Source of the DNA: an uncultured Candidatus Binatia bacterium
GTDB taxonomy: Bacteria; Desulfobacterota; Binatia; UBA9968; JAJDTQ01
Length of the DNA stretch: 64,000 nucleotides
Direction of reading: 5' to 3'
Assembly (NCBI GenBank): GCA_965213675.1
Contig: OZ243916.1
Span: forward strand, 32,001-96,000
Numbering within the stretch: the first letter of the stretch is position 1; every line of letters begins with the position of its first letter. The notes beneath the pieces are model-generated. The model was not told the origin of the DNA. It saw nothing but the letters and a program-made list of their open reading frames with translations, and did not search any database. A program made the translations under genes and the position numbers. This document shows positions 9,601 to 19,392 of this stretch, piece by piece.

Positions 9601-12600
9601 TCCGGCGCCGGGAGCGCGAACATTCCGGTGTCCATCACCAACGACAGCGCGGACGAACCCAACGAGACGATCATCCTGACGCTCACCGACAGCAGCGCCG
9701 CCTACGACCTCGGCGCGGTGACCGTCCACACCTTGACGATCACGGACAACGACGACCCGGCGCCGCCGCCCCCGCCCGCGACGCCGGTGGCGCAGTTCGT
9801 CTCGGCTTCATCGAGCGCGAGCGAGGACGCAGGCACGCACAACGTGGCGGTGAGCCTGAGTCCAGTGCTGCGGTCGGGGATCACGCTGAGCTACACGGTG
9901 GGCGGCACGGCGACATCGGGCAGCGACTACGAGGCGTTGACCGGGACAGTGCCAGTGGCGTCCGGCGCCGGGAGCGTGAACATTCCTGTGTCGATCACCG
10001 ACGACGGCGAGGACGAAACGAACGAGACGGTGGTGCTGACGCTCACGAGCAGTGGCGCCGACTACGACCTCGGCGCGGCGACCGTCCACACCTTGACGAT
10101 CACGGACAACGACGACTTGGCGCCGCCGCCCCCGCCTGCGACGCCGGTGGCGCAGTTCGTCTCGGCTTCATCGAGCGCGGGCGAGGACGCAGGCACGCAC
10201 AACGTGGCGGTGAGCCTGAGTCCAGTGCCGCAGTCGGGGATCACGCTGAGCTACAGGGTGGGCGGCACGGCGACATCGGGCAGCGACTACGAGGCGTTGA
10301 CCGGGACGGTAACGGTCCCATCCGGCGCGAACAAGGTGAACATCCCGGTGGTGATCACCGACGACGGCGAGGACGAACCGAACGAGACGGTGGTGCTGAC
10401 GCTCACGAGCAGTGGCGATGACTACGACCTCGGCGCCGCGACCGTCCACACCCTGACGATCACGGACGGCGACGACCCTGCGCCCCCTGCGACGCCGGTG
10501 GCGCAGTTCGTCTCGGCTTCATCGAGCGCGGGCGAGGACGCAGGCACACACAACGTGGCGGTGAGCCTGAGTCCAGTGCCGCAGTCGGGGATCACGTTGG
10601 GCTACAGGGTGGGCGGCACGGCGACATCGGGCAGCGACTACGAGGCGTTGACCGGGACGGTAACGGTCCCATCCGGCGCGAACAAGGTGAACATCCCGGT
10701 GGTGATCACCCACGACAGCGAAGACGAACCGAATGAGACGGTGGTGCTGACGCTCACGAGTAGTGACGCCGACTACGATCTTGGCGCTGCGACCGTCCAC
10801 ACCTTGACGATCACGGACAACGACGACCCGGCGCCGCCGCCCCCGCCCGCGACGCCGGTGGCGCAGTTCGTCTCGGCTTCATCGAGCGCGGGCGAGGACG
10901 CAGGCACGCACAACGTGGCGGTGAGCTTCAGTCCGGCGCCGCAATCGGGGATAACGTTGGGTTACCTGGTGGGCGGCACGGCGACATCGGGCAGCGACTA
11001 CGACGCGTTGTCCGGGACATTGTCCGTCGCACCCGGCGCCGGGAGCGTGAACATTCCGGTGTCGATCACCGACGACGGCGAAGACGAACCGAATGAGACA
11101 GTGGTGCTGACGCTCACGGCCAACAGCCCCGACTACGGCCTTGGCGCCAGGGCTGCGCACACCTTGAGGATCATCGACAACGACGAGCCGCCCAACAGGC
11201 GGCCTACGGGCGCGGATTTGACGCTGACGCTTGACGAGGATGGCGCCCACGTGTTCCGGGCGGGGGATTTCGGCTTTGCGGATGCGGACGGGGGCGATGC
11301 GCTGGCGGGCATTCGGCTCGCGACGGTGCCGGAAGCGGGCGCGCTGGAGGTCCACGGCGAGGGGGCGTTGGCGGGCCAGATTGTTTCCCGCGCGGCCCTT
11401 GACGGCGGCGCGCTGGTGTTCGCCCCGGCTGCCAACGAGCACGGCGCGGCATACGCGAGCTTCCGCTTCCATGTGAGCGACGGCGAGGACGAGAGCCTTT
11501 CAGGGAACACCGCGGCGATTGGAGTGCGTTCCGTCAACGATGCCGCCACCGGGGCGCCGGAGATCACCGGCGATCCGGTATCGGGCGGCGTGCTGTTGGC
11601 CAGCGTAGCCGCGGTCTCCGACGTCGATGGCATGGAAGCAGCGGAGTTTTCGTACCAGTGGCTACGTGTGGCTGACGGCAGGGAAGTGGAGATCGAAGGC
11701 GCCAGCGCGAGCAGCTACCGTGTGGCGGGGGTGGACGTGGGGGCGGTGCTGAAGGTGCGGGTGCGCTTCACTGACGATGCGGGCTTCGCGGAGACCGTGA
11801 CCAGCCCGGGCAGCGAAGCGGCGCGGCCCGTCAGGCCATGGGCGCCGGCGGGATTCACGGTCATCGCGGGGGACGGCGAAGCCAGCCTGAGTTGGCAAGC
11901 GCCGGAATCCGACGGCGGCGCGGCAATCACGGCGTACGAATACCGCTTCGCGCAAGGCGGCACGATACCCGAAGGGACGGCGTGGACGGCGGCGGGCAGC
12001 GGACTGGCCGCGACGGTCACCGGCCTGGAGAACGGCCGGAGCCATGTTTTCGAGGTACGCGCGGTGAACAGCGCCGGACCAGGGGCGGCGGCCCGCACCA
12101 CGGTAGAGCTGCCCGCGCTCGAAGCCGTGCCGGGTATGCCGCGGGAGCTGGCTGCCGCGGGCGGCGAGGGAGAGGTACTGTTGACCTGGACCGCGCCCTT
12201 GGACGACGGCAACGCGGCGATCACCGATTACGAATACCGCTTTGCCGAGGGCGCGCATGTGGCGCCGGAGACTCCCTGGTTGCCCGCGGGCACCGACCTG
12301 CGCGAGCGGGTGACCGGGCTGGGCGACAGCCGGCAATACCGATTCGAGGTACGGGCGGTGAACCGGATCGGACCGGGCCCGGCGGCCTTTGCCACGGGCG
12401 AGACGGCCCCGCGCCGGTTGGACAGCACCGCGGTGGCGGGCTGGCTCGGGCGGTTCGGCCGCGCCGCAGCCGCGGACACGGCGGAGGCGATCCGCCGGCG
12501 GCTGGAGGAGAGGCCCCGGCGCGGGCTGATAGTCGGCGGCCGCCACCTGTCGGCTTGGTTCGGGCGGCCTCGGGACGGCGAAGCCGGCGGGCTGGAGGCT

Positions 12601-13947
12601 CGGGGGCGCCTGCCCGAAGCCAGAGAATCGACATTCGACCGGAACGGGAGCGGGGCGGGATTCGCCGCCGGCATGCCAAGGCCCGTGGCGGGGACCGGGG
12701 ACAGCGGGTTTGGCGCGGACGCGGGCTGGCAGCCGCGGCCGGGCGCCCGCCGGCAGCCGAGTCTCGGTGACGTGCTGCGGAACAGTTCGTTCTTCCACGG
12801 CTTGCAGGAAGACGGGGAGAAGAGTGCGGCGGATGGCGGCTGGCATGGCTGGACCGTGTGGGGAGGCGCCGCGCGCAGCCGCTTTGATGCCGGTGTGAGC
12901 AGGCTTTCGCTTGACGCCGAGGTCGACACGGGCACCGCGGGATTCGATGCCCGCCGGGGCCGGTGGCTGGCTGGCCTCGCGATTTCCCACAGCGCGGGGG
13001 AAGGACGTTTCTCCGACGCCGAGGGGAGTCCGGGCGCTGCGGAGAGCAGCCTCACCGGGGTCTACCCGTATGCCCGTTATCAATTCGGTCCGCGCACGGG
13101 CTTGTGGGGCGCGGCCGGCTTCGCGGCCGGCGACCTGCGGTTGATTTCCCACCGGAGCGCATCGCCCGCGGAGACCGACATGGGCAATTTCATGGCGGTC
13201 CTGGGGGGCCGAAGCGTGCTCTCCGCGGGAACCGTCCAGGACAGCCGCTTCGAGTTGGCGGTGCGCTCCGACGCCCTGTTCACCCGCACCTCGGCGGAGG
13301 GCGGAGCGGGGATCGCGGAAGCCGACGCCGCCACCACCCGGCTGCGGCTGCTGCTCGAGGCCACAGGGTCGATTGCCGCCGGCGAAGGCGTGTTGAGCCC
13401 GACCCTCGATGCCGGTATGCGGCACGAGAGCGGCGACGCCGAGACGGGCGCGGGCTTGGAACTCGGCGGCGGCCTTGCCTGGCGCGGCGGTCCTCTGACC
13501 GTGCGGGTGAAGGGCCGCGGACTGCTGGCGCATGCGGACGAGGCCTTCGAGGAGTGGGGCTACAGCGCCGGAGTCCAGTACGAACCCGGCGCCGGCGGCC
13601 GGGGACTGCGGGTTAAGCTCACCTCCGGTCGCGGCGCGACCTTCGGCAGCGCCGAACAGCTCTGGGAACTTCCCGACGCCAGTGGCCTCAGCCAAGGCGG
13701 GGAGCCGATGCCGGGCTGGCGCACCGGACTGGAGTTCGGCTACGGCCTGCAAGGCGACTGGCGCGAAGCCCTGTGGGTGCCCTACGTCGGCGTCGAGACC
13801 CACGCCGCCGGCGACAGGGCGCTGGAGTTGGGCGTCAAGCTTTATGCCGGCGACCGCATGGACGCCAGCCTCGAATACGGCCGGCGCAACTCCGGCTTCG
13901 AACCGCCGCGGAACGCCATCGCAATCAAGGGACAGATCCGCTTCTGA
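6694..13947 (+). CDS. giant surface adhesin: Calx-beta repeats, cadherin-like module, two FN3 domains, C-terminal autotransporter-like beta-barrel
   Basis: 2417 aa; signal-like LPLLSFLTGQVMAQ; repeated GGTATSGSDY...DD.EDEPNETVVLTL...TLTITDND; FN3 W.AP..DGG.AIT.YEYR...FEVRAVN; ends GQIRF. Confidence 0.85.
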   Translation: MKKSDRDNDFVGLDERRASLWRGLSRGGGPAILRLRRALLRVWLCLPLLSFLTGQVMAQTTPDISISSGVTAIAEGSGGVEILAQSSEELSVDLTVNYTIGGTATPGTDYTIGQWTDYSVKTGTFTMPSGTEALVEFSAFSMAPLSDNIEDPSETIVVTLASGSGYGLGSANTLTIAVVEDTGHAEFELRGIPQVGRTLTLERTVDDPDGNGTIVNRTWRRNEKGETGGITSRIDINGVPHTSPQYVVSEDDLGRELHALLSYIDGLGVKLVRYTPAVGPVVAAPAHFVSVSVEDDASEGDTGTQDQLITMAVSPPVTDGFRIDLCLSGDATHWDDYRIFDGFGVSAGFHEGCYTGGLLISGSGVPAGGQFSIRVIGDREVESDETVTLTLKRRGDTPLEVDVSSTNGAATYTILNDDTEGVVISETGASTAVVEGGSGDRYGVALNAEPTHNVTVTVSAGSGVTVNSGGGTQTLTFTPSNWKTAQTITVAAAADSTDDPGSSRSATITHSSSSGDSRFNNLTIESVSVDIRDDDATTVTLAGGGRVKEDGSDSAEVMVTLSRNLVAGETVTAPLSVSGTGITGSDYSLALKTGNSLNRGVALNTADPYSAEAPAVVFTGHGTNTVKVATLVVEGAQDTSREDAIETLTVGFGTVTSTLDRESGAGTGGTTTAGTARVEIADDDGVTVTLSSSAYEVPEGDALTFEVTLSEAQTSDKQFHVGTTTLTAAGNGVDYDSVTRTVTIAANETSGTGTLQTTQDSAKESDETFRIDIVGSALPAGMNLGTPGTATVTIIDDDRTQIGVAGGAAVTEGGTAEFTLTASPAPPAARTVNVTVADSGAFAASGQTGSRTVTMGADGTATLSVATEDDETIEADGQLTVTVKTGTGYTPSSSQATATVTVQDDDTPPTPVVQFASSVSSAGEGAGTRNVVVSLSPAPQSAITLRYTVGGTAISGSDYGALPRTVSVQSGAGSANIPVSITNDSADEPNETIILTLTDSSAAYDLGAVTVHTLTITDNDDPAPPPPPATPVAQFVSASSSASEDAGTHNVAVSLSPVLRSGITLSYTVGGTATSGSDYEALTGTVPVASGAGSVNIPVSITDDGEDETNETVVLTLTSSGADYDLGAATVHTLTITDNDDLAPPPPPATPVAQFVSASSSAGEDAGTHNVAVSLSPVPQSGITLSYRVGGTATSGSDYEALTGTVTVPSGANKVNIPVVITDDGEDEPNETVVLTLTSSGDDYDLGAATVHTLTITDGDDPAPPATPVAQFVSASSSAGEDAGTHNVAVSLSPVPQSGITLGYRVGGTATSGSDYEALTGTVTVPSGANKVNIPVVITHDSEDEPNETVVLTLTSSDADYDLGAATVHTLTITDNDDPAPPPPPATPVAQFVSASSSAGEDAGTHNVAVSFSPAPQSGITLGYLVGGTATSGSDYDALSGTLSVAPGAGSVNIPVSITDDGEDEPNETVVLTLTANSPDYGLGARAAHTLRIIDNDEPPNRRPTGADLTLTLDEDGAHVFRAGDFGFADADGGDALAGIRLATVPEAGALEVHGEGALAGQIVSRAALDGGALVFAPAANEHGAAYASFRFHVSDGEDESLSGNTAAIGVRSVNDAATGAPEITGDPVSGGVLLASVAAVSDVDGMEAAEFSYQWLRVADGREVEIEGASASSYRVAGVDVGAVLKVRVRFTDDAGFAETVTSPGSEAARPVRPWAPAGFTVIAGDGEASLSWQAPESDGGAAITAYEYRFAQGGTIPEGTAWTAAGSGLAATVTGLENGRSHVFEVRAVNSAGPGAAARTTVELPALEAVPGMPRELAAAGGEGEVLLTWTAPLDDGNAAITDYEYRFAEGAHVAPETPWLPAGTDLRERVTGLGDSRQYRFEVRAVNRIGPGPAAFATGETAPRRLDSTAVAGWLGRFGRAAAADTAEAIRRRLEERPRRGLIVGGRHLSAWFGRPRDGEAGGLEARGRLPEARESTFDRNGSGAGFAAGMPRPVAGTGDSGFGADAGWQPRPGARRQPSLGDVLRNSSFFHGLQEDGEKSAADGGWHGWTVWGGAARSRFDAGVSRLSLDAEVDTGTAGFDARRGRWLAGLAISHSAGEGRFSDAEGSPGAAESSLTGVYPYARYQFGPRTGLWGAAGFAAGDLRLISHRSASPAETDMGNFMAVLGGRSVLSAGTVQDSRFELAVRSDALFTRTSAEGGAGIAEADAATTRLRLLLEATGSIAAGEGVLSPTLDAGMRHESGDAETGAGLELGGGLAWRGGPLTVRVKGRGLLAHADEAFEEWGYSAGVQYEPGAGGRGLRVKLTSGRGATFGSAEQLWELPDASGLSQGGEPMPGWRTGLEFGYGLQGDWREALWVPYVGVETHAAGDRALELGVKLYAGDRMDASLEYGRRNSGFEPPRNAIAIKGQIRF
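9421..11187 (+). repeat. five tandem ~351-360 bp coding repeats (Calx-beta units with Pro-rich linkers)
   Basis: Units start near 9421, 9781, 10141, 10492 and 10852; units 2-5 are near-identical at DNA level. Confidence 0.9.
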
Positions 13948-13963
13948 AGGATTCAGGGACCAG

Positions 13964-14137
13964 GAGCTTGCGCCGCAGGAATTCACGGCTGCAAGTCCCA
14001 CGGCTGCAGATCCCCCCTCATCCGCCCCTTCGGCCGCTCGATTTCGTCAAATTTGACATGATATTCTCTTCCATCGAGCGGCCGATGGGACTGCGATAGC
14101 GAATTTTCGCTTTCGCGAATCCCTACGGCGCAAGCTC
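13964..14137. mobile_element. MITE family B, copy 2 (174 bp)
   Basis: TIRs gagcttgcgccg...cggcgcaagctc flanked by ccag on both sides (13960-13963, 14138-14141); inverted relative to 168-325; carries an internal duplication of cacggctgca. Confidence 0.8.
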
Positions 14138-14371
14138 CCAGGCTCCCAGGCCAGCCGCTCCGTCCAAAACGCCGGGTCCTCCCGGCTTTCGGGTCCTCCA
14201 GGAGTCTGTGTCTGCACAAGTCGTCGCGCCTTGCCGAGAAACAGAATTCCGGCGACACTTGTCGCAGTGATTTACGGGACACGACACGGGGGACGGTCAC
14301 CCTCCCGTCACCGTAGCGCGCTGCATACTCGCTGCGCTGCGGTTCGCCTGTGGAAAGGCTCGGCAATCGAA

Positions 14372-15529
14372 ATGAAGATCACGGACGTCAAGACCCTGCG
14401 GCTGCGCGCGCCGCTCGGCGCGCAGGGGCAGGTGGAGAGCCGCACGGGCGTGCGCACCCACCGCTACGGGTTTCTGGTGCAAGTCCACACCGATTCGGGC
14501 GTCACCGGCATGGGGTCGTGTTCCGGCAATGGGATCGTGCTCGAAACCATTGTCACCCACGTGCTCAAGCCGCTCCTCGTGGGCATGGATCCCCTCGATA
14601 TCGACGCCGTATGGGATACGGCCTATTTCCGCGCCGGCGCGCGCGCGTTCGGCTCCCGTGGGGTCGGCGTCGTGGCCCTGAGCGGCGTGGACATCGCGCT
14701 GTGGGACATCGCCGGCAAGGTGAAGGGCGTGCCGGTTTGCGAGTTGCTGGGCGGCAAGCGCCGGGACCTGGTGGAGGTCTACGCCACCGCCCTCTATCCC
14801 GAGGCAACCGCGGCCGCGGTGGAGAAGGCCGAGACGCTTGCGGAACGGGGATTCCACGGCATCAAGATCAAGGTGGGCTTCGACCTGGCCCAGGACGTCG
14901 AGATCGTGAGCGCGGTGCGGTCGGCGTTGGGAGCCGACTTTCCGCTCCTGACCGACGCCAACATGGGCTACGGGCTCGACGTGGCGGTGGCTGCCGCCGC
15001 GGCGTTCGAGAAGCTCGGCGTCGGTTGGCTGGAGGAGCCGCTGTTCATGGAGGACGTGGCCGGCCACGCCGAACTCAAGGCCCGCACCGGCGTCCCCGTG
15101 GCCTTGGGCGAGAACCTCCACACCCGCTTCGCCTTCGAGTCGTTCATGGCCCGGGACGCCGTCGACGTGCTCCAGCCCGACGTGGCCCGCGCCGGCGGCA
15201 TCAGCGAAGTGCGCGCCATTGCCGCAGCGGCGGCGGAACGGCGGTTGCCGGTGTCCCTCCACACCTACGGGGACGGCATCGCCCTGGCGGCGAGCCTCCA
15301 CTTGGCGGCGGCCCTGGAGAACAGCGCGGTCATGGAGTTCGACTACAACGAGAACCCGCTCCGCAGCGAGCTGCTCCACGAGTCCCTGGAGCCCAGGAAT
15401 GGTTTCATGGGTCCGCCCGACGGCCCCGGACTCGGGGTCACCCTCGATCCCGAAGCGCTCAGGCGCTACCGTTTCGAGGGCAGCGGCGACCTTGCGCTGT
15501 GGCGGCCGACCCTGCGTGATTTCGGATAG
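14372..15529 (+). CDS. mandelate racemase/muconate lactonizing enzyme family (enolase superfamily)
   Basis: SGVDIALWDIAGK, KIKVG, DAN, WLEEP, GEN, LQPD; start MKITDVK. Confidence 0.92.
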   Translation: MKITDVKTLRLRAPLGAQGQVESRTGVRTHRYGFLVQVHTDSGVTGMGSCSGNGIVLETIVTHVLKPLLVGMDPLDIDAVWDTAYFRAGARAFGSRGVGVVALSGVDIALWDIAGKVKGVPVCELLGGKRRDLVEVYATALYPEATAAAVEKAETLAERGFHGIKIKVGFDLAQDVEIVSAVRSALGADFPLLTDANMGYGLDVAVAAAAAFEKLGVGWLEEPLFMEDVAGHAELKARTGVPVALGENLHTRFAFESFMARDAVDVLQPDVARAGGISEVRAIAAAAAERRLPVSLHTYGDGIALAASLHLAAALENSAVMEFDYNENPLRSELLHESLEPRNGFMGPPDGPGLGVTLDPEALRRYRFEGSGDLALWRPTLRDFG

Positions 15530-15641
15530 TGCCGCGGGCGGCAAGCACGGCAGCTCCACCCATGTGCCCACGGCAAAACCCAAGGGTGCACCTTCCACAA
15601 GATCGCCGACGAAACTATATGTGCCGACGGGAGAACCTCTG

Positions 15642-16142
15642 ATGCAGGACGCCGCCTATTGGATAGAAAAGCTCGGCCTTGAACCCCATCCCGAAGGCGG
15701 GCACTTCAAGGAAGTCTATCGATCCGCGGCCACGGTTCCCGGCGAGGCGCTGGTCGGGTACGATGGCCCGCGCAATCTCGGGACCTCCATTTATTTCCTT
15801 TTGGAGGCCCACCAGGTGTCGGCCTTCCATCGCATCAAACAGGACGAGTTGTGGCACTTCTACGCGGGCGCGCCTCTTGCCGTGCACGTCATCGATGCCG
15901 CGGGCCGTTACACGCCCATCCGCATGGGCGCGGACCCGGAAGCGGGCCACCGCTTTCAAGTGCTGGTGCCGGGTGGATCCGTGTTCGGCGCGTCCGTGGA
16001 CGACGACCACGGATATGCTTTGGTGGGTTGCACCTGTGTCCCCGGCTTCGACTTCGCCGATTTCGAGATGCCCAGGAGGAAAGATCTGCTCGGCCGCTAT
16101 CCGCAACACGAAGCGATCATCGCGCGCCTGACCCGCGCGTAG
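15642..16142 (+). CDS. cupin_5 (DUF985) family protein
   Basis: LGLEPHPEGGHF, TSIYFLL, FHRI..DELWHFY.G, CTCVPGFDFADF. Confidence 0.9.
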   Translation: MQDAAYWIEKLGLEPHPEGGHFKEVYRSAATVPGEALVGYDGPRNLGTSIYFLLEAHQVSAFHRIKQDELWHFYAGAPLAVHVIDAAGRYTPIRMGADPEAGHRFQVLVPGGSVFGASVDDDHGYALVGCTCVPGFDFADFEMPRRKDLLGRYPQHEAIIARLTRA

Positions 16143-16276
16143 GCAGCGCCACTCCAGGCACGGCGGAACTCTCCGCCATGGCCCTGCCTGTGCGAAGGTC
16201 CCCCACCGCGCAGGCGCGACGCGGGACCCTCGCAACCAGTGGCGCTCGGGCAGGACAGCTCGATCGGAACTCTCGA

Positions 16277-18859
16277 TCAGAACCCGCGGCTGTAGCGCAT
16301 CAGAAAGGCGGCTTCGCGGGCTCCCCGAACATGTCCAGCGTCGCGCGAAGCCACCACGGCCGTGTGCAGTTCGCCGCCGGCCCACGGCCGGGAGTAGGTG
16401 ACTTCGAGATCGAATTGCCGGCCCGAGGGTTTGAGGTCCACCCGGGCGTGCTCGACTGCGACCCTTCCATCGGGCGTGCGGCCGGACACCCACTGAACCT
16501 GCGCCTGCCCGGCTTCGACCCGCAACGGTTGCGAGAGTCTCATCGCCAGCCGACCACCGGCGTGCCCGATATCGTTGCCCACGAGGCCGAGCGCGAAGGA
16601 GCCGCTGCGGAGTCCAGACAGCGCGCGCACCATGCCATGACGCCGGATCGAGGGTTGGCTCCTGCCCGCGTGGGCGCTTGCGAGCGCACTCCAGGCGCCG
16701 GTCAGGCGGCGATGGGCCGATAGCCCTACGATGCCGGTCTCCGCGCCCAGTGCGCCGAAGGCGCCGTCCGCCCGGCTGCCCGCGAAACCGCGTGTTTCCG
16801 CCAGCCATCCCGCCTGCACGGCGAGGCTGGAGGATGCGGAGGCGCCAAGCCGGTATTCGGTCAGGGCGCCGTGGACCAGACCGGACGCGGGCTCCCGTCG
16901 CTCGCCGTATTGTGCGCTCCCGTGGAAGACGGCGATGCGGAACGCCCCCATGCCCAAGGGGCGCGCGTAGCTCGCGTTGGCGCCATTTCGAGCGAAACTC
17001 AGATACGGATTGGCGAAGGCGCCGTCGTCGGTGAAGGTGCCCGGTTCCATCAAGCCGGCGCGGCCCTCGGCGGCCACGTGCGGCCCGAACTGCCACCCTG
17101 GATGGTTGCGGTATCCGAACGTGAGCTGGCCGCGGCCGGTGTCGGGCGCAAAGGACAGCGATCCGAGCGAGTCGGAGGCGCCGGACCTCCCGCCGCGGCT
17201 GGTGTCCGGGAAACGGCGGGCGCCGGCGTTCACGCGCACGCGGAATTCGGCGCCGGCCAGGCGCCATGAGGCGCCGCGGGGGTCGCGGCCCAACGTGCCG
17301 AGGCGTTCCTCCAGCACGGGCGCGGTCCAGGCGCGGATGTGATGGCGCAGCGGGCGGAAAAACGGCGCATCGAGCGTGTCGAAGCTCGCCACTTCCCGGT
17401 GCGCCAGCGCGCGCGTCAGCGAATCGCCGAAGGCCGCGCCCAATTGAAATGTGCTGGCCAGGCTTGGCGCCGAGGGGCCGGAAAGGGACCGGCCGGCAAG
17501 CAGGCGCGTCTGGCCTACGGGCCGCGTTGCCGCGTCCAGATTCAGGAAGCCCTGTCCGTATATGTCCGAGTCCTGGTACACGCCCTCCTTGTCGGCAGTG
17601 GCGAGAATGCGTTGGACAATCTCGTGGTTGCCAAGCTGTTGGCGGTAGTGCTGTTTGAGCAACGCGATGCCGCCGGTGACGAACGGAGCGGCGGAAGATG
17701 TGCCGCCGTCTTCAAACGTGAGGAAGCATTCCGCGGTACCGCTGGGACATTGGAACTGGGGAACGGGGCCGGTTATGTCCATGCCAGGCGCCGCCAGGCA
17801 GAATTCCTGGGCGATGCCGCACCGGTTGGAGAACGGCGCGATTGTGCCATGCGGGTCGGTGGCCACCACGGCCAGAGAATGACCGAGCAACTCCGGGATT
17901 CGCGCCGGAAGACCGGCGACGATCTCCACCGAAGTCGCGGCCCCGACTTCGTCGTCACCCCCGCTGTTGCCGCCGGCCCACACGTAGATGGTCCGATCCC
18001 GGGCTGGCGTGTGCTCCTGTGCGATTGTGTCGATGACTTCAGGGAATCGCTGGCGCAATGCCTCCTCGCCGACGTCCGCGATGTTCCCGGTCAGGCCGAA
18101 GCTGGCGTTGATTGCCGTGACCTTGCCGTTCAATCGGCGGAAGCCAGATACGATCTGTTCCTGGATGCGTGCTTCGGCCCAAGCCTCGGCCTGTTCCGCA
18201 ATGTCCGTGATGACGAGTTGCTCTTCGGGAGTCGGATTCACGGGGAGTTCTCCGAAGCGTTCCTTCAGACGTTCTTCAAGGCGTTCTTCAAAAATCAGGA
18301 ACTGGTCGGGGAAGCCCACCGAGATCACTTGGGCATCGAAGGCGACCCCGTGAACCGCGTTGGTGGCGTCGGGCGCGGCGCGCCGGTTTGCCGCCATGAT
18401 GCCCCCCACGAATGTTCCATGTCCCAGATCGGTAATACAGGAACCGTCCGGAGCGGTTTCGTGTTCGTTGCAAGTAGTGAAGTCGGGTTCGTAGCCGTTG
18501 GCGTTGTCCGTTTCGAGCTTGCCGGCGAACTTGGGATGACCCGGGTCGACGCCCGTGTCCATGATACCGAGGGTGACGCCCTTGCCGGTGGCGCCGCGCG
18601 CGTAGGCAAAGTGCGCCTTGATCTGCGCCAGTGCGGGCTGATTCCGAAACTCCGGGTGGTCGGCAAATTCCTGCCGCAGCACGTCTTCGGACACGGGTTC
18701 GGGCGCGACGAGGGGAGGAGCGGAGTCGTCCCCGCCGCTGCAACCCGTCATGAACAGAGCGAGAAGCGCCGCCGCCCACGGCATCATCCCCCGCCCATCC
18801 GCTCTGTGAAGCGATCCCGGCGCCTTGCATGTCCCAGTGAAACGCGGTTGTTTGCCCAT
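16277..18859 (-). CDS. S8 subtilisin-like serine peptidase, lipoprotein signal, C-terminal beta-barrel
   Basis: Triad motifs DTG, HGTFVGG, GTSSAAPFVTG; lipobox-like FMTGC; exact start uncertain. Confidence 0.88.
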   Translation of the reverse strand: MGKQPRFTGTCKAPGSLHRADGRGMMPWAAALLALFMTGCSGGDDSAPPLVAPEPVSEDVLRQEFADHPEFRNQPALAQIKAHFAYARGATGKGVTLGIMDTGVDPGHPKFAGKLETDNANGYEPDFTTCNEHETAPDGSCITDLGHGTFVGGIMAANRRAAPDATNAVHGVAFDAQVISVGFPDQFLIFEERLEERLKERFGELPVNPTPEEQLVITDIAEQAEAWAEARIQEQIVSGFRRLNGKVTAINASFGLTGNIADVGEEALRQRFPEVIDTIAQEHTPARDRTIYVWAGGNSGGDDEVGAATSVEIVAGLPARIPELLGHSLAVVATDPHGTIAPFSNRCGIAQEFCLAAPGMDITGPVPQFQCPSGTAECFLTFEDGGTSSAAPFVTGGIALLKQHYRQQLGNHEIVQRILATADKEGVYQDSDIYGQGFLNLDAATRPVGQTRLLAGRSLSGPSAPSLASTFQLGAAFGDSLTRALAHREVASFDTLDAPFFRPLRHHIRAWTAPVLEERLGTLGRDPRGASWRLAGAEFRVRVNAGARRFPDTSRGGRSGASDSLGSLSFAPDTGRGQLTFGYRNHPGWQFGPHVAAEGRAGLMEPGTFTDDGAFANPYLSFARNGANASYARPLGMGAFRIAVFHGSAQYGERREPASGLVHGALTEYRLGASASSSLAVQAGWLAETRGFAGSRADGAFGALGAETGIVGLSAHRRLTGAWSALASAHAGRSQPSIRRHGMVRALSGLRSGSFALGLVGNDIGHAGGRLAMRLSQPLRVEAGQAQVQWVSGRTPDGRVAVEHARVDLKPSGRQFDLEVTYSRPWAGGELHTAVVASRDAGHVRGAREAAFLMRYSRGF

Positions 18860-19392
18860 GATGCCTCCTTAACCCAATGTTGCAAAAGGCTATGAGTTGA
18901 TGTCGCTATTGCATTCGCAACATGGCCGATGTACGGCAAGCTCCTAGGGTGCCTTCCGGTTCATTCGATAGTCCGCTTCTTTCGTCGTCCTTCATCGGAA
19001 GATGGATTCATACCCGATACGATGGTTGCAAAGGTAGTGCCGGGGCGGGGAATGACGGACAGAGCGTACCGAACTGCCGAATAGCCGCGACACGTGAGGC
19101 GCGGAGACGACCGAGCGCTTTGCCTTGGGGCTTGGCTCGTTCACGGCGCCGAATCGCGGCCAGGTTGCAAGCGGGCTTGCAGCGCATGGTGACGGAGGCA
19201 TCCGCGGGCTGACAGAGCTGACAGGGAGTGACAGAAACGGGCGCCAGTGCTATTGCGTGTGCGAAGAGACCGGTTTGCTCGCAGCGCATGGCATTGGATT
19301 CCATCCGGCGCAGCCGGAACCTGATCGCCGTTCGGTGGCTTGGTGCGCTGAACCAAGCGCTGGCAGGATCTGACGTCCGAGGGGATACACAC

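Noticed and set aside
9421-11187. Long direct repeats as a CRISPR array or DGR template/variable pair
   Set aside because: Units are ~360 bp, in frame and contiguous, with no spacers, no cas genes and no reverse transcriptase
168-14137. Composite transposon or invertible segment bounded by the two inverted MITE B copies
   Set aside because: Each copy has its own TIRs and flanks, the copies are diverged, and no transposase or recombinase lies between them
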